Positions 6,555 through 14,825 of a DNA stretch of 19,823 nucleotides are shown one piece after another; position 1 is the first letter of the stretch, and each line of letters starts with the position of its first letter. The stretch is taken from the NCBI GenBank assembly GCA_031370785.1, contig JANMQY010000044.1, positions 1 through 19,823 on the forward strand, written 5' to 3'. Position numbers and translations under genes: made by a program. The DNA comes from Candidatus Eiseniibacteriota bacterium. GTDB lineage: Bacteria; Eisenbacteria; RBG-16-71-46. The notes under the pieces were generated by a model that saw only the letters and a program-made list of their open reading frames with translations, was not told the origin of the DNA and did no database searches.

Positions 6555-9290
6555 ATGTCCATTAACAGCAGGGGTTTGGTGATCGCCGCACTGATCGCGG
6601 CTCTCGGATCACTTCTGGTGACTCCCTCGAGCGCGCAGCAATCGGCCCCCGCGGCCCCCGCGGGCGGGACCGGCCGGATCACCGGCAAGGTGACCGAAGG
6701 CAAGGAGCCGGTTCCGTACGCGAACGTCGTCGTGCTCGGCTCGAGACAGGGGACGATGGCCGATGAAAACGGCGTGTTCGTCATCCCCGGCGTTCCGGTC
6801 GGCACGGTTCAGGTCTCCGCGGAGCAGGCCGGCTTCAACAAGTCGGTTCAGTCGATCCAGGTGAACGCAGGGCAGACGGCCACCGCGAACTTCTCGCTCA
6901 CGCCGAAGATCACCAAGAGCTTCGAAGAGATCGTGGTCACCGCCGAGAAGCGCATCGACACCAAGTCCTCGACCACCAAGCAGACCATCAGCGCCGAGAA
7001 GCTGCGCGAGATTCCGGTCGACAACCTTTCGCAGGCAATCGCGGTCAAGGCCGGCATCGTCGCCCAGGGCGGCGAGCTTCATTTCCGCGGCGGACGCGGG
7101 GGCGAGGTCAAGTTCCAGTTCGACGGCGTCGAGGTTTCCGATCCGCTGTTCGGGCGCAACGCCGGTATCGCCAACCTCGCGGTCGCCGGCACCGAAGTGC
7201 TCTCGGGCGGATTCGACGCCGAGTACGGCAACGCGCTTTCGGGAGTGGTCAGCGTGAGCACGAAGGAAGGCACGGAGCGCTTCGGTGGCGAGGTCCGCTG
7301 GGACACCGATCGCTACGGCGATCCGACCAAGACCTTCGACAACTACGACCGGTTCACGTTCGGCTTCGGCGGCCCGACGCCCATCAAGAACCTGACCTAC
7401 TTCGCCACCTACGAGGGCAGCTTTGCCGACACCTACCTGCGCTCGGCCATGACCAAGCCGAACCGCACGCTGCTGGATTTCATCCAGCTCGGCAACCGGC
7501 AGAGCAACCAGATCAACACCAACTTCAAGCTGGCCTACCGGGTGAATTCGAAGAACAAGCTCACCTTCGAGACCGTCAACAACCACACCATCAACACCCC
7601 GTACAACCACATGTGGAGCCGCAAGGGCTTCGTGCAGGTGTCGTACGACACGGTGCACACCCCGGGTCAGCCCGATCGCTACAACCCGCGCTACGGAACC
7701 TGGTCGGCGACCAGCACCGATTCCACCTTCGTGCCGATGAACATGGCGGACCACGTCCCGACCATCGACGACCGCTATCAACAGTTCACCATGGTCTGGA
7801 CCAACCAGCTCTCGGACAAGAGCGTGATCACGACCCGCATCGCAGACTTCGTCTTCAATACCCGCGCCTCGATCGGTCGCAAGCAGCCGTGGGAGTACGA
7901 CACCCAGAGCCCGCAGTATTGGAACGGCAACGTCGTGTTCGGAACCGAGAACAATCCGTACTACGCGACCCACGGCGACTACCCGACCTACTCGCAGGTG
8001 ACCGCGGCGACCTACACGCTCAAGAGTGATTTCTCGACGCGCAAGTGGAAGCAGCACACGGTCAAGACCGGGATCGAAGCCAAGTACAACCGGGTCCAGA
8101 ACCTGAACCTGGTGCTGCCCAACTCGGAGACCAATGGCCTCCCGGGAGGGGCGCGCTCCGACTTCACGAACTTCAATCCGGAGGGCGCGGCCTACATTCA
8201 GGACCGGTGGGAGTTCGAAGGACTGGTGCTCAACGCCGGTGTGCGCTACGACCTGTTCACGCCCGGGCTCCAGATCGCGGATGCGGACCTGGCGAGCGGC
8301 AAGCGCTACAAGGAACAGTTCAGCCCGCGCCTCGGCATCGCCTATCCGATCTCGGACAAGGACGTGCTGTCGTTCCACTACGGGTGGACCTATCAGACCC
8401 CGGCCCGCAACTTCATCTTCCAGAACCGCGCGGTCAACACCAGCGTCGCGGTGCGTGGCAATCCCGACCTCGAGCCCGAGACCAACATCGCGTACCAGGC
8501 TGGCGTCCAGCACCTGTTCTCGCGCGACGTGTCGGGTCAGTTCTCGGTGTTCTTCAAGGACATCTACGGGCTGATCACCTCGCGTCAGGATCGCGACGCC
8601 TTCGGCAATCTGATCAACGTGTACTTCAATGGCGACTACGCCAGCTCGCGCGGCTTCGAGGCCAGCGTGACCAAGAGCTTCAGCCACAAGTTCTCGGCGG
8701 AAGTGAACTACACCTACTCGCTGGCGACGGGCGTCGCCTCGGATCCGAACCAGGCGCTGCAGTTCTCGCAGGGCGGCCGGCTCTACCTGCCGATCTCCGA
8801 GCGCGCGCTCAACTGGGATCAGCGCCACACCCTGACGCTGCAGACGGTGGTGCGCGATCCGGGCAAGTGGGGATTCCGCACGCTGTGGACCTACGGCTCG
8901 GGCTTCCCGTTCACACCCGCATTCCGCAACGATCGCAAGCCGGATCCTGCGCTCGAGAACTCGCGCCGTCTGCCTTCCGAGGCGCGGCTCACCATCGACG
9001 GCGACAAGTTCTACAAGATCTGGGGACAGAACGTGACGCTGTTCTTCGATGCGCGGAACGTACTCAACTCGAAGAACATCTCGGGCCTCAGCCAGAACCT
9101 GTTCCCGAACCCGTTCGTGAATACGGCGGGCGACGACTACACGATCTATTACACCGAGACCGGCCGCGCCGGTGGCGCCTACCTGCAGGACATCAACGGC
9201 GACAACCAGCCCGACTGGATCCCGGTACAGGATCCGCGCGTGTTCGAAGAGGGTCGTAATGTGCGCATGGGCGTGAGTGTCACCTTCTAG
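6555..9290 (+). CDS. TonB-dependent receptor with N-terminal CarboxypepD_reg-like domain (~911 aa)
   Basis: SD GAGGGG (6540-6545) before ATG 6555; signal peptide ending PSSA; GRITGKVTEGKEPVPYANVVVLG...GVPVG domain; TonB-box-like EEIVVTAEK; plug motifs LHFRGGRGGE and SGGFDAEYGNALSGVVSVSTKEG; barrel motifs LNAGVRYD, FSPRLGIAYPI, GNPDLEPE, NYTYS; ends RMGVSVTF. Confidence 0.93.
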   Translation: MSINSRGLVIAALIAALGSLLVTPSSAQQSAPAAPAGGTGRITGKVTEGKEPVPYANVVVLGSRQGTMADENGVFVIPGVPVGTVQVSAEQAGFNKSVQSIQVNAGQTATANFSLTPKITKSFEEIVVTAEKRIDTKSSTTKQTISAEKLREIPVDNLSQAIAVKAGIVAQGGELHFRGGRGGEVKFQFDGVEVSDPLFGRNAGIANLAVAGTEVLSGGFDAEYGNALSGVVSVSTKEGTERFGGEVRWDTDRYGDPTKTFDNYDRFTFGFGGPTPIKNLTYFATYEGSFADTYLRSAMTKPNRTLLDFIQLGNRQSNQINTNFKLAYRVNSKNKLTFETVNNHTINTPYNHMWSRKGFVQVSYDTVHTPGQPDRYNPRYGTWSATSTDSTFVPMNMADHVPTIDDRYQQFTMVWTNQLSDKSVITTRIADFVFNTRASIGRKQPWEYDTQSPQYWNGNVVFGTENNPYYATHGDYPTYSQVTAATYTLKSDFSTRKWKQHTVKTGIEAKYNRVQNLNLVLPNSETNGLPGGARSDFTNFNPEGAAYIQDRWEFEGLVLNAGVRYDLFTPGLQIADADLASGKRYKEQFSPRLGIAYPISDKDVLSFHYGWTYQTPARNFIFQNRAVNTSVAVRGNPDLEPETNIAYQAGVQHLFSRDVSGQFSVFFKDIYGLITSRQDRDAFGNLINVYFNGDYASSRGFEASVTKSFSHKFSAEVNYTYSLATGVASDPNQALQFSQGGRLYLPISERALNWDQRHTLTLQTVVRDPGKWGFRTLWTYGSGFPFTPAFRNDRKPDPALENSRRLPSEARLTIDGDKFYKIWGQNVTLFFDARNVLNSKNISGLSQNLFPNPFVNTAGDDYTIYYTETGRAGGAYLQDINGDNQPDWIPVQDPRVFEEGRNVRMGVSVTF

Positions 9291-9312
9291 CCGACCGGGC
9301 CAGCGAGGGAGC

Positions 9313-12252
9313 ATGAGACCAGCGATGAACAGGATGGCATGGCGGAGTGCCCTGGCGGGGCTCGCGCTGATGGCTACCTTCGCATCGGGCGCGAGCGCCG
9401 ACGAGGAGTTCGGAACTCTGGCCGGGCGCAAGCCCGACATCGACGGCTGGAGTGACGCCCAGATCCGTGCGGCCTACCCCGAGTACTACCCGACCAGTGC
9501 CAACGGGCGCATCCGGCCGGCCGCGATTCCCGACATCTTCGGCCACGGCGCAGTGCTGACCGTCGGCAACATCTACATGAAGGTCACGAACTACGGTCTG
9601 CTAGGAAACCCGTTCACCAACATCTCCAGCGATCCCTCCGGCCAATGGCCGGGATCCTCGGGTGTCGAGTACATGAATGCGATTGCGTTCGCGGTCGCCG
9701 CGGTGAATCCGGCCGCGACCGATCCCGCCGGCGTTCGCCGCGTCAGCTACTTCCGCGAGTGGCGCCCACCGAGCCTCGACGATGTGGACCGGATGTACCC
9801 GGCCTACGATGGCTTCGTGAACGGTGCTCGGTTCGTCAACGACGACGGCGATTTCGATCCGGTCTACGGCGAATCGCGGGTCGATGAGGATTTCCACGAC
9901 GGCCGCGACAACGACGGCGACGGAAAGATCGACGAGGATTTCGCCGCGATCGGACAGTCGGAGTTCACTTGCGTGATCCGGGACGACACGCGCGAGGCGC
10001 TCAACGCCACCTTCAACGAGAAGCACATTCCGCTTGGTCTGGAATGCCAGCAGTCCGCGTGGGCCTACTCGATCCCGGGTTTCACCGACTTCAACGTCGT
10101 CGAGTTCCATATCACCAACGTCTCGGGACACACGCTGGACAGTCTGATGATCGGCTGGCTGGTGGACATGGACTGCGGTCCGGTCTCGAAGAACGACTAC
10201 TTCACGGATGATCTCGATCTGCCGGGATACCCGAGCGGCGAGTTCACCTATCCGCTGCCGCCGACCGATACGCGCCGGCAGGTCACGCACGACGTCACGC
10301 AGACCGGCATCCCCCAGGGCACGCCACTGTGCACCGAGCTGAAGCTGCGCGTGAACGGATTCTCGGTCGCGGATGACGATGGCGACGAGGGCCGGACCAG
10401 CGGCATTCCCTCGTTCCTGCTCATCAACTACGCGCCGCTCGACTTCCAGGGCGGTCAGGCGCCCAACCGCGTCCAGTTCCACTCGTTCCGCTCGTACGCG
10501 GGCGGGACGCCGTATTCGAGCGGTGGCGGACCGACCATCGATCAGGAGCGGTTCGAGTTCATGGCCGGTGGCGAGAACGTCGATCCCGCGACCGGGTTCA
10601 TCACCGCCGAGCCGAACGACAGCAAGGGCGACTACGTCGCCTGGTGCTCGGTGGGCCCCTGGCGCAACGTCGCGAACGGCAAGTCGGTCGATGCGACGAT
10701 CGCGTTAGGTGTGAGACAGGGCAACCTCGTTCGCGCGCTCGGGTACCGCACCGAATATCAGGTGTACCAGCAGAACGGGGCGCTTCCCGCGGAGCTGACC
10801 GAGCTCCGGCGGAACTACAAGTCGCTCGACAACGCGCTGTCCGCGCAGATCGCCTTCGAAGGGGTGTGGGAGCGGGGCGCTGGCGCGAAGGAGCTGTTTA
10901 CCAACGGCCACGGACGCGAGACCGCGATCCGTCTCGAGCGCGGGTCGCCCGATCAGAGCATTCCCGAAGGCTGCGAGGGCCGCGATCGGATCGTCACGGT
11001 GAACAACCGTGAGTTCTCGTGGTTCGATTTCGACTGCGACTACTGCACCGGTGTCTATGACTTCACGAACCAGCTCGGACTCTTCCACAAGACCTGGAAC
11101 GCCGAGTCGCCGCCGCCCAGTCCCAACACCAACGTTTCGGTGAAGTACAACTACACTGACAATCCCGATCGCAAGGTGGCAGCGGGGGGAGACCACAAGA
11201 TCGTGATCGCGTGGGACAACCTCTCCGAAATCACCCAGGATCCGAAGTCGCTGTGGTACGACGCGCGCGGCTACAAGGTATGGAAGGTGGCCAACTGGAC
11301 GCGGCCGGTCGGCTCCCCGGGGCCGAACGAGGACGACTGGTCGCTGCTCGGCGAATTCCGTCTGTTCGATTACCTCGACACCAACAATCAGCCGATTCTC
11401 GACAATCGATACGTTCGCGCGCCCGGTGACACGGTGTGTCCGCAGGTCTACATCCCGAACTGGAAGGATCCCGCGACCGGGATCGTCGGCCCGGCCACCG
11501 TTCCCATCTGCCTCAACCGCGGCGACCTGTGGGACCGTCAGAGCGGTCAGATCATCCGTCCCGACACCGCGATCAAGTGCGTGGGCTATCCGGATTGCGA
11601 GACGGCGACCGGCTGCCAGCTGGGCGTCGCACCAGCCTGCCGGCCCGTCACCCGTATTCGCTATCCGGTCGGCCACTATCAGTACGTCGACACCGAGGTG
11701 AAGAACGGCTTCCTGTACTTCTACTCGGTGACCGCCTTCGACTCGACCGGCGATCCCCGGGTCGGCACCAAGGCCGAACTGAACGGACGGCGCACCGCGG
11801 TGGAAACCGAGGGCGTGACGCCGCAGGTCGCAACCAAGACCGGAAAGAATGTCTGGGTGGTGCCCAATCCGTACCGGGGTTACGCGCAGATCAGCCAGCG
11901 TCCCTCGTCGTGGGACTTGACGCCGAATGCCTCCGATCCCACGGGAACGCACATCGACTTCCTGGGCATGCCGCCGGGGAGATGGACGCTCAAGGTATTC
12001 ACGGTGGCGGGAGATCTGGTGCAGGTGATCCGCTCGGACGATCCGGTGAACGAGTCGCTGCGAACTCCGGTGACCGACGACAACGGAGTCACGCGCCCCG
12101 GATTCAATCGTCAGCAGGATTCGGCGAACGACGGACAGGCGCGCTGGAATCTCATCACGAGAAGCGGGCAGGACGTGGTGAGCGGCATCTATCTGTTCAC
12201 GGTGGATTCGTCTCAGGGGACGCAGCGCGGTCGCTTCGTCATCATCCGCTAG
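9313..12252 (+). CDS. Large exported protein with Asp-rich Ca-binding-like motifs, interrupted FN3-like domain and T9SS type-A/FlgD-Ig-like C-terminal domain (start 9313 or 9325)
   Basis: Signal peptide ...WRSALAGLALMATFASGASA|DEE; DNDGDGKIDED; FN3-like PPPSP...GDHKIVIAWDN...GYKVWK...YVDTEVKNGFLYFYSVTAFD; C-terminal VWVVPNPY...LKVFTVAGDLVQVI...WNLITRSGQDVVSGIYLFTV...GRFVIIR. Confidence 0.82.
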   Translation: MRPAMNRMAWRSALAGLALMATFASGASADEEFGTLAGRKPDIDGWSDAQIRAAYPEYYPTSANGRIRPAAIPDIFGHGAVLTVGNIYMKVTNYGLLGNPFTNISSDPSGQWPGSSGVEYMNAIAFAVAAVNPAATDPAGVRRVSYFREWRPPSLDDVDRMYPAYDGFVNGARFVNDDGDFDPVYGESRVDEDFHDGRDNDGDGKIDEDFAAIGQSEFTCVIRDDTREALNATFNEKHIPLGLECQQSAWAYSIPGFTDFNVVEFHITNVSGHTLDSLMIGWLVDMDCGPVSKNDYFTDDLDLPGYPSGEFTYPLPPTDTRRQVTHDVTQTGIPQGTPLCTELKLRVNGFSVADDDGDEGRTSGIPSFLLINYAPLDFQGGQAPNRVQFHSFRSYAGGTPYSSGGGPTIDQERFEFMAGGENVDPATGFITAEPNDSKGDYVAWCSVGPWRNVANGKSVDATIALGVRQGNLVRALGYRTEYQVYQQNGALPAELTELRRNYKSLDNALSAQIAFEGVWERGAGAKELFTNGHGRETAIRLERGSPDQSIPEGCEGRDRIVTVNNREFSWFDFDCDYCTGVYDFTNQLGLFHKTWNAESPPPSPNTNVSVKYNYTDNPDRKVAAGGDHKIVIAWDNLSEITQDPKSLWYDARGYKVWKVANWTRPVGSPGPNEDDWSLLGEFRLFDYLDTNNQPILDNRYVRAPGDTVCPQVYIPNWKDPATGIVGPATVPICLNRGDLWDRQSGQIIRPDTAIKCVGYPDCETATGCQLGVAPACRPVTRIRYPVGHYQYVDTEVKNGFLYFYSVTAFDSTGDPRVGTKAELNGRRTAVETEGVTPQVATKTGKNVWVVPNPYRGYAQISQRPSSWDLTPNASDPTGTHIDFLGMPPGRWTLKVFTVAGDLVQVIRSDDPVNESLRTPVTDDNGVTRPGFNRQQDSANDGQARWNLITRSGQDVVSGIYLFTVDSSQGTQRGRFVIIR

Positions 12253-12280
12253 TCGCGTTGAACACGAGGAGGAAGGCAAA

Positions 12281-13234
12281 GTGAGAAAGATCATCGCGGC
12301 TTGCGGTCTCATCGGGGTTCTGATCCCGAGCCTGGCCGGCGCTGCCGAGATTTTCGACAAGGTCGCCACATTCGACGGGCAGTTCCTCAAGATCGGCGTC
12401 GGTGCACGTGCCGCCGCGATGGGGGGCGCATTCGTCGGTGTCGCAGACGACGCGACAGCCCTGTACTGGAACGCCGCGGGAATCGCCCGCATCGATCCCG
12501 GCAAGTCCGAGCTCTCGATCAATCACGCCAACTGGCCGGCTGAGCTGTCGTTCGATCAGATCGGGTACGTGTTCCACCTCAAGCGGTTCCCCGGCGCCTT
12601 CGGCGTCTCGGCCCGCGCGCTTTCGATGGACCCGATGGTCGAGACCACGGCGTACCAGCCCGACCCGAACGTCGGAACCGGCCGCACCTTCGACGCCGGA
12701 ATGATGGCCGTCGGGGTGACCTACGCGCGCTCCTTCACCGACAAGTTCAGCGCCGGGCTGACCGCAAACATGATTCACGAGGGGCTCGCCGATCTGTCGC
12801 AGCAGAGCTTCGCCTTCGACATCGGCACGCTCTACGACGTCGGCACGCTGGGCATGAAGATCGGCATGGCGATCTCGAACATCGGCGGGCAGATGAAGTT
12901 CATCGAGCACGAGGCGCGCATTCCCGGCATCTTCCGGGTGGGCACGTCGGCCACGCTGCTCCAGGGCGCCGACCAGAAGCTGATCGGCTCGTTCGAGTTC
13001 TCGCACCCGCCGGACAACGCCGAGCGCCTGAATCTCGGCGGCGAGTACATGTTCCATCGCTTCGTGTTCCTGCGCGGTGGATACAACTTCAACTACGATA
13101 CCGAAGGCATCGCGGGCGGCATGGGCTTCCACTTCCCGGTGTCGATCGCCGGCCAGGCCGACGTCGACTACGCATACACCGACATGAAGGAGCTGGGTGG
13201 AGCGCACCGGTTCACGCTCAAGTTCCTGTTCTAA
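12281..13234 (+). CDS. PorV/PorQ-family (FadL-like) outer-membrane beta-barrel protein
   Basis: Strong SD AGGAGG before GTG; signal peptide; signature QFLKIGVGARAAAMGGAFVGVADDATALYWNAAGIA; FAFDIGTLY, LNLGGEY, LRGGY, DYAY; ends HRFTLKFLF. Confidence 0.88.
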   Translation: MRKIIAACGLIGVLIPSLAGAAEIFDKVATFDGQFLKIGVGARAAAMGGAFVGVADDATALYWNAAGIARIDPGKSELSINHANWPAELSFDQIGYVFHLKRFPGAFGVSARALSMDPMVETTAYQPDPNVGTGRTFDAGMMAVGVTYARSFTDKFSAGLTANMIHEGLADLSQQSFAFDIGTLYDVGTLGMKIGMAISNIGGQMKFIEHEARIPGIFRVGTSATLLQGADQKLIGSFEFSHPPDNAERLNLGGEYMFHRFVFLRGGYNFNYDTEGIAGGMGFHFPVSIAGQADVDYAYTDMKELGGAHRFTLKFLF

Positions 13235-13256
13235 GCCTTTGGTCGAGGGGACCTGG

Positions 13257-14750
13257 GTGATCGGTCGGCATCTCACGACGCGCTTCCCGCGGGGAGCGCG
13301 TCGCGCTTTCGTGGCGGTCTTGGCGCTGATTCTCGCCGCGACCTCGGCCGAGGCGGCTCGGGGCCCCGGCGAAGGGCCAGGTCCCTTGCCGTGGCGCATC
13401 AGCGGCCGGGTGAGCTTCACGGTGGACGCCGCCGCATTCCCGGACAGTGCCGGCCTTTCCCTCGACGTATACGTGCGCATTCCTCCGGCGACGCTGGCCG
13501 CGCTCGACCGCGATTCACTCGGAGTCGCCCGCCTCATGCTCACCACCCGTCTGCGCAGCGCATTCGGCGCGCGCCAGGCCGAGCGCCAGCAGATGCTCAC
13601 CATCGATCGTGCGGATACGCTCGCGGGCTTCGGCAAGGTGGTGGTGGTGCGCTACCCGACCCGATCCGGCGCCCAGCGGCTCACGGTAAAGCTCGAGGAC
13701 CTTCACTCGCGCAAACGCGGCATCGCCTACATGGGAAGGCAGGTGACGGAATCCGGGAGCGTGGACGGTGACTTCCAGGTCGCGAAGGCGCAGATGGAGC
13801 GCGAGCTCTCGGACATCGAGTTCGTGTGGAGTGTGGACACGCTCGGGATTTCCGAGGCCTTCCGCCACGGGGCGCGAAGCGTGCTGCCCAATCCGGAACG
13901 GCTCTACGGGCTCTACGCGGCCGATCTGCGCGCGGGTTTCCTCGCGCGTGCCCGCGCGGGGGACGATCGGGCATGGCACTGGGTCGCGCGGGTAGTGGAC
14001 TCTGGGGATCAGGTCCGGCTGGAGCACGAGGAGACCGCGCCGGCCTCGCGGACTCTTGATGGTGCGGTGGTCTTCGACGTCTCGACTCTCCCTGCCGGGG
14101 GGTACGACCTCGAGATCAAGGCATGGCAGGAGGGGGACGCGGGCGCGCTGCTCCGCCGCTCGCACTTCAGCATCGCGTGGCAGGCGGCCTCGTGGCTGGG
14201 CGATCCCAGGGATCTCGAGGATGTCGCGCACTTCCTGCTGAACGCCGACGCCGAAGAGGCCTTTGCGGCGTTTCAGCCCGGCGAGAAGGAGCGCTTTCTC
14301 GCGGACTTCTGGAAACGCCGCGATCCCACGCCCGAGACCGCGCACAACGAGGCGCTCGAGACCTTCCTGCAGCGTATCGACTACGCGAACCAGACCTACA
14401 GCCGGGTCGGAGTGGGCAAGGGCATGTTCTCCGACATGGGCCGGGTGTACATCCGCTATGGCGAGCCCGGCGAAGTGCTCCACCAGGTCATCCCCGCGGG
14501 TGACGAGACGCTCGAGCGCGTCATTCAGGACATCGCCGACACCGAGACTCGTCCGATCGGCGGCGTCGGCGCGCACGGGCTGGGCGGCGACACCCGGCCG
14601 TACGAGGTGTGGATCTACCAGGGCGACATCCCCCTGCCGCCCGACGCCGATCCCGACGCCGTGGCGCACGTGCGGCGGCAGCGCCTGGTGTTCCTGTTCG
14701 TCGACCAGCAGGGCTTCGGTCAGTACACGCTCCGCTACTCGACGGAGTAG
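13257..14750 (+). CDS. Exported GWxTD-domain protein (~497 aa, degenerate GMFSD signature)
   Basis: SD GAGGGG (13245-13250) before GTG 13257; signal peptide ...AFVAVLALILAATSAEA; VLPNPERLY; Ig-like LPAGGYDLEI; GWxTD domain FWKRRDPTPET..NE....F.QRIDYAN..Y.....GMFSDMGRVYIRYGEP, YEVWIY, FLFVD..G.G.Y.L. Confidence 0.85.
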   Translation: MIGRHLTTRFPRGARRAFVAVLALILAATSAEAARGPGEGPGPLPWRISGRVSFTVDAAAFPDSAGLSLDVYVRIPPATLAALDRDSLGVARLMLTTRLRSAFGARQAERQQMLTIDRADTLAGFGKVVVVRYPTRSGAQRLTVKLEDLHSRKRGIAYMGRQVTESGSVDGDFQVAKAQMERELSDIEFVWSVDTLGISEAFRHGARSVLPNPERLYGLYAADLRAGFLARARAGDDRAWHWVARVVDSGDQVRLEHEETAPASRTLDGAVVFDVSTLPAGGYDLEIKAWQEGDAGALLRRSHFSIAWQAASWLGDPRDLEDVAHFLLNADAEEAFAAFQPGEKERFLADFWKRRDPTPETAHNEALETFLQRIDYANQTYSRVGVGKGMFSDMGRVYIRYGEPGEVLHQVIPAGDETLERVIQDIADTETRPIGGVGAHGLGGDTRPYEVWIYQGDIPLPPDADPDAVAHVRRQRLVFLFVDQQGFGQYTLRYSTE

Positions 14751-14795
14751 ACGAGCGCCCGCGCGGCGGCGCGGCGGTGCGGCTCCGGCCTCGCC

Positions 14796-14825
14796 TTGAC
14801 CGGGCTCGATACGATGCGGCATAGT
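14796..14825 (+). promoter_or_regulatory. Candidate sigma70 promoter for the glycolytic operon
   Basis: TTGACC (14796-14801), 18 nt, CATAGT (14820-14825), in the intergenic gap before pfkA. Confidence 0.45.

Noticed and set aside
6609..9440. 943-aa minus-strand ORF, and similar long antisense ORFs (524-1465, 1278-2315, 2354-3913, 4572-5813, 10705-12522, 12242-13636, 13515-15296, 14521-15900, 15955-17844)
   Set aside because: They are antisense shadows of well-supported + strand genes. High GC and codon bias remove reverse-strand stops, and the translations have no recognisable motifs.
11035..11049. Heme-c attachment site in the cargo
   Set aside because: The sequence is CDYCT, not CxxCH.
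6555..12252. Classical SusC/SusD polysaccharide utilisation locus
   Set aside because: The downstream protein has an SPI-type signal peptide without a lipobox Cys and no SusD motifs. No glycoside hydrolase or sensor-regulator is recognisable.
14751..14795. GC-rich GCGGC repeats after the GWxTD gene as terminator or repeat array
   Set aside because: No clean stem with a U-tract. Short GC repeats are expected by chance at this composition.
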